From a virus, in the IMG/VR virus record IMGVR_UViG_3300044678_002654, positions 1 to 64,000 of that record: a stretch of DNA of 64,000 bases. One strand, written 5' to 3'. A program made the translations under genes and the position numbers. The notes under the pieces are model-generated. The model did not search any database and was not told the origin of the DNA. It worked only from the letters and a program-made list of their open reading frames with translations. Of the stretch, positions 56,510-63,838 are shown in pieces. Within the stretch, counting starts at the first letter, position 1. Each line of letters begins with the position of its first letter.

Positions 56510-56829
56510 TGCCCAAAGCGGACAACTTCATGGTGCAAGCCGAAAATGCCGAGCGTATGCACCGACAGATGCTTCGCGCGTTCTCGCTGCCGGTCTTCAA
56601 GGAGAACGCCGTTCTCCTGCTCCACTTCCCCGAGCAGGAGCTGAAGGACTGCGTGAGCGTCAAGATCTGTCGCGTCATGCGCGTGGAGACCGGCCACGCC
56701 CTCTTGGACCTGGGTGACGACAAGCGGGTCTGGATGAGCAAGGAGGACGCCGCTTGCCGCAACTGGGCGGCGTACGACTTCTCGGAGGATCGAGGCTTCA
56801 GCTCCCAATCGGTCCCGAAGTCCCAATGA
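56509..56829 (+). CDS. hypothetical protein
   Basis: 106 aa, TGATG coupling. Confidence 0.6.
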   Translation: MPKADNFMVQAENAERMHRQMLRAFSLPVFKENAVLLLHFPEQELKDCVSVKICRVMRVETGHALLDLGDDKRVWMSKEDAACRNWAAYDFSEDRGFSSQSVPKSQ

Positions 56830-57011
56830 TGTACACGAAGTCGGAGCTGCGCGAACTGCCCACGCTCGCGCAAGGGCAGTGCTGCGACCTCAAGGCGGAA
56901 GAGAATGGCCGTCGGTACTGGATCTGCCGCATGGGCGGAGGCGTCACCGTTGAGAAGCTCATCAAGGGGCGTTGGACGATTGTTGCTGGCGCCTGTACTC
57001 AAGGAGAGTGA
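56826..57011 (+). CDS. small hypothetical protein
   Basis: LPTLAQGQCCDLK...RYWICR motif. Confidence 0.6.
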   Translation: MMYTKSELRELPTLAQGQCCDLKAEENGRRYWICRMGGGVTVEKLIKGRWTIVAGACTQGE

Positions 57012-57017
57012 AAACAG

Positions 57018-57683
57018 ATGGACCGAATCCCGAAGCCTTTTGAGGTCTACGCCTCCGGCAACAAGCTCGTCTTGATCTACCTCGACGAGGCCCCCGAGAA
57101 CCCGCGCGAGAATTGCGACAACGCCAGCACGATGTGGTGCTGGCACCGTCGCTACAACCTCGGCGACAAGGACAGCGACAAGCCCCGCCACGAAGACTTC
57201 GATGGGTGGGAGGCGATCGCCGAGTACATCCGCGAGAACCACTGCATCCTCGCCATGAAGCCGCTCTACCTGATGGACCACAGCGGCATCTCGATCTCCA
57301 CAGGAGAGTTCGCCTGCCGCTGGGATTCAGGACCGGTCGGGTTCATCTTCGTGACCGAAGACCACCATCTTCGCATGATGAACGATGCAGCCGACAAGGC
57401 GACGCGCGTCGCCTGGGCCGAGAAGGTAATCAGGGGGGACGTCGAGGTCTACGACGACTACCTCACTGGGGCCGTCTTTCGCAGGGAAGTGCTTGACCTC
57501 ACGGCCTTGAACGACACTGATCGCGACAACTGTGGCACGTACTACGGGTACGACCACAAGAAGAGCGGGCTTCTTGCCGACACCGGCTGCGAGGACGCCG
57601 TCGAAATCCGGCTCGATGAGGCGCTGCGGCGTATCAAGGAAGCCGCCGACGAGGCTGGGGTGGAGTTCTATGGCTGGCGCTGA
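57018..57683 (+). CDS. conserved phage hypothetical protein
   Basis: NPRE...HRRYNLGD...PLYLMDHSGISIS...WDSGPVGFI...YDDYLTG. Confidence 0.75.
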   Translation: MDRIPKPFEVYASGNKLVLIYLDEAPENPRENCDNASTMWCWHRRYNLGDKDSDKPRHEDFDGWEAIAEYIRENHCILAMKPLYLMDHSGISISTGEFACRWDSGPVGFIFVTEDHHLRMMNDAADKATRVAWAEKVIRGDVEVYDDYLTGAVFRREVLDLTALNDTDRDNCGTYYGYDHKKSGLLADTGCEDAVEIRLDEALRRIKEAADEAGVEFYGWR

Positions 57684-57876
57684 ACCCCTGCCGACCGTCC
57701 TGGTCGCGCTGGACAAGTACGACTTCATGATCCTGCTGCAAGCTCTCGCGCTCGTGCAGGAAAAGCACCCGAACTTCTGGTCGAGCGATGAAGCCGCCGA
57801 CCTTGCGAGCATCCGTACGAGAATCTCGGACGCCGCCAAGTCTCTGCCTCCTGCCACAGAAGGGGCCGCACAATGA
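57670..57876 (+). CDS. small hypothetical protein
   Basis: GGAG SD, 68 aa. Confidence 0.5.
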   Translation: MAGAEPLPTVLVALDKYDFMILLQALALVQEKHPNFWSSDEAADLASIRTRISDAAKSLPPATEGAAQ

Positions 57877-58739
57877 CCTACAACGATCTGGCCAAGAAGC
57901 TCGGCGAGAACACCGACAAGAAGATCGCGCACGCCACGACCGTGCGATGGGGCACAAACGACGGTGTCATCAGCACCCCGGATGGCAAGCAGCACGAAGA
58001 CCAGCGCAAGGTCTTGATCGTACGCTTTCACGCCACGGACATCCTGTACCTCTACCCAGACGGTTCCGTGCGTGTCTACGCCGGGGGATGGCGTACCCAC
58101 ATGACGCGAGAACGTGTTCGGGAGTTCGGGAAGATCCGAATCCAGTCTCATGAAGGGCTGTGGTTCATCGACAAGGGTGGGCACCGCAAAACTGTTCTCA
58201 CGCCGTTCTACGACGGCATGCTCTTCGACGCGAGTGGCCTCATCTCTCTCCCTCGCGAGGAGACCTACGCCTCCGTGATGAAGCGCAAGCACGCCCTTGA
58301 CCGAGCCGTGCGCCGGTACATCAAGGACTTCAACGCCGCGCTCAAGAAGCAGGTCGACGAGAACGGCGAGATGCTAAAGCCCGACGGGGGGAACTGCTGG
58401 TACTGCTACTTGTTCGGTGACCCCAATGTGGACCATGTACTGCGCCACATGGAAGCTGGCTACTTCGTGCCCTCGCTCCTCTTCAACGCGATGGTCGAGC
58501 GGCGCAGCGGCACCTCGTGGCAGTCAGGAAGGCCCTCCAAGGAGGAGGCCAACAAGAGCGCCGGCCTGGACTGGTTCCTCGCAGAGAGCGACTTCAAGCA
58601 CCGCGACGCGCCCACGTCTTGGTTTGTTGACCGCGCGCTTCGTGCCTACCTCTCCAAGCGCAAGTGGCGGCTGCTGGAGATCTTCGATCCGGTGGCGTTC
58701 AAGAAGGCGTACAAGGATGAGCACACTGAAGAAGCGTGA
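57873..58739 (+). CDS. hypothetical protein
   Basis: 288 aa; VRFHATDI...GGWRT...FYDGM and GNCWYC. Confidence 0.7.
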   Translation: MTYNDLAKKLGENTDKKIAHATTVRWGTNDGVISTPDGKQHEDQRKVLIVRFHATDILYLYPDGSVRVYAGGWRTHMTRERVREFGKIRIQSHEGLWFIDKGGHRKTVLTPFYDGMLFDASGLISLPREETYASVMKRKHALDRAVRRYIKDFNAALKKQVDENGEMLKPDGGNCWYCYLFGDPNVDHVLRHMEAGYFVPSLLFNAMVERRSGTSWQSGRPSKEEANKSAGLDWFLAESDFKHRDAPTSWFVDRALRAYLSKRKWRLLEIFDPVAFKKAYKDEHTEEA

Positions 58740-58908
58740 GACGTTCAAGTCGCGGGGGCGTAGCTTCAAGAACCGCACGGGGAGCCCATTCGAGTTCACC
58801 GACGACAAGCCCCTCGACGGTCTCGATGACCCGATGTACCGGATCTGCTTCTCGGACGGTGTGATCATCTACGCATACAAAAATGAGGTGTACGAGACCG
58901 TAGAGTAG
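58717..58908 (+). CDS. small hypothetical protein
   Basis: PMYRICFSDG...AY..EV motif. Confidence 0.55.
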   Translation: MSTLKKRETFKSRGRSFKNRTGSPFEFTDDKPLDGLDDPMYRICFSDGVIIYAYKNEVYETVE

Positions 58909-58942
58909 CGACGGCTGCGCTACTTCCTTATCCTCCGCCCCT

Positions 58943-59224
58943 ATGCAGGTAACATGGGTTCGCGGTGGGCGTACGCGGGATGAGGTCTTCGACTTCGATG
59001 ACATCGACGACCTCGCTGATGTGATGGACGCAGAGTTCGGGTTCGAGGACGAGGACACGTTCCTCGACGCGGCCACGGAGGGGTCTGACGAGACGGTCTA
59101 CGTCTACCTCGACGAGGACAAGCTGATCCAGTGGACGCTGTCCCGAGGCACTGCGGCCAAGCGGCTTCAGCAGTTCGGCGAAGAAGACGAGAACGACGAG
59201 GAGGACGAAGATTTCACGGGGTGA
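58943..59224 (+). CDS. very acidic small protein
   Basis: 93 aa, roughly one third D/E; ends FTG* inside a palindrome copy. Confidence 0.65.
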   Translation: MQVTWVRGGRTRDEVFDFDDIDDLADVMDAEFGFEDEDTFLDAATEGSDETVYVYLDEDKLIQWTLSRGTAAKRLQQFGEEDENDEEDEDFTG

Positions 59225-59260
59225 AGTCAGCGCTCCCTTCGTCCTGATGCGGAGGACACT

Positions 59261-60253
59261 GTGGGAGAGCAAGTAACCAGCATCGACACGGGGGCTCCCC
59301 TGTGGATCGAAGACGAGTGCGCCCCTGACGCCGAGAGCCTCTCGGAGGCGTGGGCCCGCCTCTTCGCGGAGCCCTTTGAGAAGCGACGCGCGCTGAAGAT
59401 CGCTGACGAGGGTGACGCGATCTCCTATGAGATGCCCGGCGGCTACGTCGCCGTCGAGACGGGCTACCGGCAAGACGTCATCTTCGCACCTCGACGGCGC
59501 GTTCCTGCCGGCTGCGTGCAGACGTTGATGCTCAACCCCGGCAAGAACCCGGTGTTGTTCGACATGCCGGCGAACGAGGTCATCGACCTCAGGTGCATCA
59601 AAACAGAGGTTCACCATCACGGGATGTTCGGGCTCAACAAAGGTGAGCGCCACTACGCCGCGAAGCGTGACGCCTACGAACTTGTTCGGGGAACCTTGTA
59701 CGTCATGGGCCCATACGGACAGAGCCTCCCGGACTGTCGCGCGCACGAGCTCATGAAGCAGTACAGCTACACCCCGCGCGAGCAACTGGAGTGGGCGCTT
59801 CGTCAATTCGCGGAGAAGGCGTTTGACGTGGACATCGCCCGCCTCGTGCAGTACCTCGCGAGTGAGGCGTACGGCCTCTACGGCGAGTGCTCAGCGTGCC
59901 ACAAAGCGCAGTACCACCGGCGATGCGAGACTGAGATCTCGCGCGAGTACGGGTTCGACCTCGGGAGCTATGACGTCGATGTCTGCCTGAACTGTGGCGA
60001 CAGGCTCACGAACTCAGCCGCCGTCATCGCACAAGAGGAAAGGAGCGTTCTCCGAGCGCTGCGGATCAAGCCGGTTACGGGCAAGATGCTGATCGCTGCC
60101 CGTAGGGTCCTTTGCATCAAGCGCGCGCACCTCGCCGACCTGCTCAAGATCAAGATCGATGACATCGTCGACTGGGAAGAGCGCGACGAGCTCGGCAAGG
60201 CGCCGGTCGAGTGGTTCATCGATCGCCTCGCGAAGACGGGCGTGTGGGGATGA
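59261..60253 (+). CDS. protein with C-terminal zinc ribbon plus XRE HTH (MqsA-like)
   Basis: CSAC...CLNCGD followed by TGKMLIAARRVL...LADLL...IVDWEE. Confidence 0.65.
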   Translation: MGEQVTSIDTGAPLWIEDECAPDAESLSEAWARLFAEPFEKRRALKIADEGDAISYEMPGGYVAVETGYRQDVIFAPRRRVPAGCVQTLMLNPGKNPVLFDMPANEVIDLRCIKTEVHHHGMFGLNKGERHYAAKRDAYELVRGTLYVMGPYGQSLPDCRAHELMKQYSYTPREQLEWALRQFAEKAFDVDIARLVQYLASEAYGLYGECSACHKAQYHRRCETEISREYGFDLGSYDVDVCLNCGDRLTNSAAVIAQEERSVLRALRIKPVTGKMLIAARRVLCIKRAHLADLLKIKIDDIVDWEERDELGKAPVEWFIDRLAKTGVWG

Positions 60254-60468
60254 CGAACGAAGAAGCGACTGAAGTATTCAACGCCGGGCAAGAGCTATTA
60301 CGTGCCTTACACGGGCACCTCTTCACCCGAGGGCTTGAGGCGTTCGACCGGTGCCTCGCCGATCTGTACAGCCACGCCGGACTACCTCACAAACTCTGCG
60401 ACGGCTGCGACGCCGACGCCCCAGAGCAGATCTTGAAGGGCGGTCTGTGCCCCCGTTGCTGTGACTGA
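60250..60468 (+). CDS. small zinc-finger protein
   Basis: CDGC...CPRC. Confidence 0.55.
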   Translation: MTNEEATEVFNAGQELLRALHGHLFTRGLEAFDRCLADLYSHAGLPHKLCDGCDADAPEQILKGGLCPRCCD

Positions 60469-60501
60469 CTTTCACGCGGTGAACGTCGTAGGCTCTTTCT
60501 T

Positions 60502-61215
60502 ATGAGTCTCGCCGCACAGAATCTCCGTTACGCGTATCACATCGCCGACACGATTCACCGCAGGTATCTCTGGCTCGAACGTGACGACCTGCGCGCGGAG
60601 GCGGCCTACGGCTTTGTGCTGGCGGAGCGCACGTATGACCCTGAGCGGGGAGTGCTGTTCACGACGTACGCCCACCCCTGGGCCAAGAACTACGTGCTCC
60701 GCTTCATCGCGCGAAACAGCCGCGCGGTAAAGCTGGGCAACCCAGAACTTTTCTGGACCATCCGGCGCGTGCGCCAAGGGCGGTCCAGCGCGAAGGACGA
60801 GCGGCTGCTGAGCAGAAAGAAGATCGGCGAAGTCGCCGAGCTTCTCCAGTACAACAGCGCCCGGGATCGATCTATGTCCACTCCGGTCGACGGAGAAGAT
60901 GAGAGCTACACGCTCCTCGACACCCTCTTCGACCCGGCAGACACCGAACGCGTCCACAAGCTCGACGGGGAGGACTTCGTCGCAGACGTCGTTGCCGGCA
61001 TCGGCGAGCTACGCCCCATCTACATGGCGATCCTGCACGAGATCATTCTCGCGCAAGACCCCGCACCGCTACAGACGATCGGCGAGCGCTTTGGCGTATC
61101 GAGACAGCGCGTCCAGCAGATCCAGGTGAAGCTGGTCAAGAAGCTCGCGGCCTACGTACAAGGAACAGAATGCCCGACGAAAAGTTCATCACCGAAGTCA
61201 CCGAAGATGAAGTAA
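60502..61215 (+). CDS. phage RNA polymerase sigma factor (sigma70 family)
   Basis: DDLRAEAAYG...YDPERGVLFTTYA (region 2) and LQTIGERFGVSRQRVQQIQ (region 4). Confidence 0.85.
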   Translation: MSLAAQNLRYAYHIADTIHRRYLWLERDDLRAEAAYGFVLAERTYDPERGVLFTTYAHPWAKNYVLRFIARNSRAVKLGNPELFWTIRRVRQGRSSAKDERLLSRKKIGEVAELLQYNSARDRSMSTPVDGEDESYTLLDTLFDPADTERVHKLDGEDFVADVVAGIGELRPIYMAILHEIILAQDPAPLQTIGERFGVSRQRVQQIQVKLVKKLAAYVQGTECPTKSSSPKSPKMK

Positions 61216-61649
61216 ACCTGCTCCAGCTACTGTCGAACGAACTCTCCCTGGGAGTGATCGACGGCTACTGGAACAGGCACTGCGATGTCCTGGCCAAGCT
61301 GCTCAACAACATGAGGAAGCCCTGCGAGCCGAGCACGCAGCCGAGCACGCCGTGGCCAATCGTGAAGTTCCACCGAGCAGCGCGGGAGATGGCGCTCAGC
61401 CTTCGGAGCGTCTACAAGGGGCTCGGCATCGACGCCCCTGAAAACGTGCGCGGACCCCTGGAGGCGGTCCTCGCAACCGACCTGAATGCTGTCACCTTCG
61501 AGGACCGCGACGAGCTGGAAGCGACGATCGAGACTCTCAAGGCGCGGGTTGAAGAGCTCGAAGCCGCGATGGCCAGCACAGCAGAGGACTGCGAGAACTC
61601 CGCGACGTACCTGAAGGGCATGCTCTCGCGGAATCATCCCAGGTTCTGA
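61170..61649 (+). CDS. hypothetical protein with coiled coil
   Basis: 159 aa, AAGGA SD. Confidence 0.6.
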   Translation: MPDEKFITEVTEDEVNLLQLLSNELSLGVIDGYWNRHCDVLAKLLNNMRKPCEPSTQPSTPWPIVKFHRAAREMALSLRSVYKGLGIDAPENVRGPLEAVLATDLNAVTFEDRDELEATIETLKARVEELEAAMASTAEDCENSATYLKGMLSRNHPRF

Positions 61650-61661
61650 AAGGACACAACC

Positions 61662-62006
61662 ATGTTCAGATCGGTCGAACAACGCAATCTCGTTGCGCAG
61701 ACGCTCTTCGGCGCCTTCGGCGCGGCCAACTGGTGGACAGCCGATGGGCCGACGCCCAGAGCCTTGACCCTCATGCAGGAGCGAGACGCCAACACATCGG
61801 CGATGGTGCTGGCGGACCTCGCCTTCGGCATGATCGACTACCGACACCCTGCCTTGACGATCGGAGGGTACATGACCCTCGATGAAGTGAACCGCGCGCT
61901 CGTTGGTAGTCTCTTGAACGCGATGGGGCAACGACAGAGCGCGGAGTACGTCGACATCTGGCTCTCGGCCTACGAGCACTATCGCGCGCAAACGCAGCGC
62001 CGCTGA
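61662..62006 (+). CDS. hypothetical protein
   Basis: 114 aa, AAGGA SD. Confidence 0.65.
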   Translation: MFRSVEQRNLVAQTLFGAFGAANWWTADGPTPRALTLMQERDANTSAMVLADLAFGMIDYRHPALTIGGYMTLDEVNRALVGSLLNAMGQRQSAEYVDIWLSAYEHYRAQTQRR

Positions 62007-62027
62007 CTCTCGCAAAGGATCAACACT

Positions 62028-62240
62028 GTGAAGAAGTACACCACCGAGTCTCTCGCCGCTGCTCTCGGCATCTCACGCGACGACGCCTACTCCCTCCAGG
62101 TCTACCTCCGCCACGTCGGCGCCCTGGTCGAAAACGGGGAGGTCATCAAGAAGGACGGGACCAAGGGCAAGGGAGCCACCGTCTTCGTGGTCGACGCCGC
62201 GAAGATGGCAGACGTGTGTGAGAAGCTGAAGAGCCTCTGA
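62028..62240 (+). CDS. small putative winged-HTH protein
   Basis: YTTESLAAALGISRDDAY...GKGATVF. Confidence 0.6.
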   Translation: MKKYTTESLAAALGISRDDAYSLQVYLRHVGALVENGEVIKKDGTKGKGATVFVVDAAKMADVCEKLKSL

Positions 62241-62503
62241 TGGCAGCAAACCGCGAGTGGAAGGTTCAAGCAGGGACGCAGCATCCCGATGAGCCGGGGC
62301 ATCTCTGCGAAGGAACCCTGCGTAGGTACGCAGAGAAGGCTGACGAGTCCGTTGGCCCTTACATGGAGGAGGACTACGAGCAGGCCATCGTGGACCTCTT
62401 GTCCGACCTGATGCACCTCGCGGACCGTGAAGGGGAGGACTTCGAGTCACTCCTCGAAACTGCGCGAGGGCATTACCGAGCAGAGATCGACGGGGAGCTG
62501 TAA
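62240..62503 (+). CDS. small hypothetical protein (paralog of 37384-37617)
   Basis: DLLSDLMHLADREGEDF...ARGHY motif. Confidence 0.65.
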   Translation: MAANREWKVQAGTQHPDEPGHLCEGTLRRYAEKADESVGPYMEEDYEQAIVDLLSDLMHLADREGEDFESLLETARGHYRAEIDGEL

Positions 62504-62506
62504 CCC

Positions 62507-62653
62507 ATGCACAAGCCGAAGCCTTACGCCCCTGATCTGTTCTACCCGAGGAACCGCGCCGAGCGCCGTAAGGCTCGACGGGACGGATACCCTGTTCGGC
62601 CCCCGTGGTCCTTCCCCATGGTTGTCTTAGGTCTGCCCGAGAAGAGCCTATGA
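62507..62653 (+). CDS. 48-aa basic peptide
   Basis: MHKPKPY...NRAERRKARR...; ATGA overlap with the next gene. Not in the ORF track. Confidence 0.45.
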   Translation: MHKPKPYAPDLFYPRNRAERRKARRDGYPVRPPWSFPMVVLGLPEKSL

Positions 62654-62907
62654 GCGGACACGTCTACCGTATCTACGACTTCGACGCCCCCAAGAAAGAC
62701 GACAGTCTGGGGACTCTTTCACTCGGTGAAGTTGAGGACGCCCTCGACCACTTCGTCTGCAACGCATCGAACGAGAGCTGGGAGGCCGCCCTTCGCGCGG
62801 GGGACGACATCTACCTCTACGTCGACGGTGGCGTCGTCCACTGGGGCACCTCCAGGGCGCAGGTTCAAGAGTCATACGAGACCGGTCAAGATGACGTCGT
62901 CGACTGA
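62650..62907 (+). CDS. small hypothetical protein
   Basis: 85 aa, acidic. Confidence 0.55.
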   Translation: MSGHVYRIYDFDAPKKDDSLGTLSLGEVEDALDHFVCNASNESWEAALRAGDDIYLYVDGGVVHWGTSRAQVQESYETGQDDVVD

Positions 62908-62960
62908 GACATGTTCGACGACGCGTTCGACGACCCTGACTCATTCCACTAGGAGAACGA

Positions 62961-63821
62961 ATGAAGATCAAAAAGAGCGAGTCAGAGGTCATCTCCGTCT
63001 TTCAAGACATCAGCCCTGCGCTGGCCGAAGAGTACCTCGCGAAGAACACGCACAACCGCCCTGTCAACAAGGAGCACGTCAAGGCGCTGGCGAAGGCCAT
63101 GCGCGAAGGGCGTTGGCAGGTCACGCATCAGGGCATCGCCTTCAGCGAGGACCTCGTGCTCCTCGACGGGCAGCACCGACTGCTCGCGATCATCGAATCG
63201 GGCGTGACCGTTCGCATGCAGGTCACCATGGGCATGGCCAAGAACGCCCTCTTCGGCATCGACCAGAACAAGGTTCGCACCGTCGCGCAGAACCTCGGGC
63301 TCATGGGTCACACCTACTCCAAGATCGTGACCGCGTGGTCCAACGTGGTCAAGAGCCTCCTCACAGGCGGCAGCGAGCGCACGTGGACCACGGAGGACGT
63401 GAAGCAGATCTACGCGGAGAACTATGAGTCCATCGACCGGGCCACGGTGATCCATGCGACCCCCATCCGCAACGGCCCGGTGGGCGCTGCATACCTGATC
63501 GCGTCGCCCGCCCACCGAGACAAGGTTCACGAGTTCTTCGTGAAGTTCCTGGGCGGAGAAGGTCTCGTGAGCGGCGACCCCGCCTATGCGGCGCACAAGT
63601 ACTACTTCTGCTCCCCCAAGCGCGCGAGCGACGCCCGGTGGGAGGTGTCGGCGAAGCTGCTGCGCTGCGCGCAAGCGGCTGTCGAGAACGAGCGCCTTGA
63701 GTGGAGCCACGTGTTCGTGACCGAGGGCGCGCTGAGCTACTTCGAGGAGTTTCACCCGGCGAAGAGCGTGTTCGGGAAGCTCTACGCGGAGCGACGGATC
63801 ATCGGGAAGTCTGCGAAGTGA
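62961..63821 (+). CDS. ParB/Srx-fold (DGQHR-type) N-terminal domain protein
   Basis: NRPVNKEHV..LAKAM..G.W...QGIAF....LLDGQHRLLAII; AGGAG SD. Confidence 0.75.
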   Translation: MKIKKSESEVISVFQDISPALAEEYLAKNTHNRPVNKEHVKALAKAMREGRWQVTHQGIAFSEDLVLLDGQHRLLAIIESGVTVRMQVTMGMAKNALFGIDQNKVRTVAQNLGLMGHTYSKIVTAWSNVVKSLLTGGSERTWTTEDVKQIYAENYESIDRATVIHATPIRNGPVGAAYLIASPAHRDKVHEFFVKFLGGEGLVSGDPAYAAHKYYFCSPKRASDARWEVSAKLLRCAQAAVENERLEWSHVFVTEGALSYFEEFHPAKSVFGKLYAERRIIGKSAK

Positions 63822-63838
63822 GGGAGACAGCAATTCTG

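Larger units (their letters stand above)
286..62730. repeat. dispersed 13-bp palindrome family TTCAC-[CGT][CG][ACG]-GTGAA, 29 perfect copies
   Basis: Copies start at 286, 3309, 5315, 6418, 8973, 10350, 12781, 14669, 18932, 20941, 24811, 26637, 28095, 31274, 33381, 35296, 36302, 38484, 42018, 44166, 45869, 48409, 49846, 51544, 54034, 55852, 59213, 60471 and 62718 (read by eye). Confidence 0.95.

Noticed and set aside
286-62730. The palindrome family as a CRISPR array, REP element or IS end
   Set aside because: Copies are 13 bp, kilobases apart, with no spacer architecture, transposase or target duplications.
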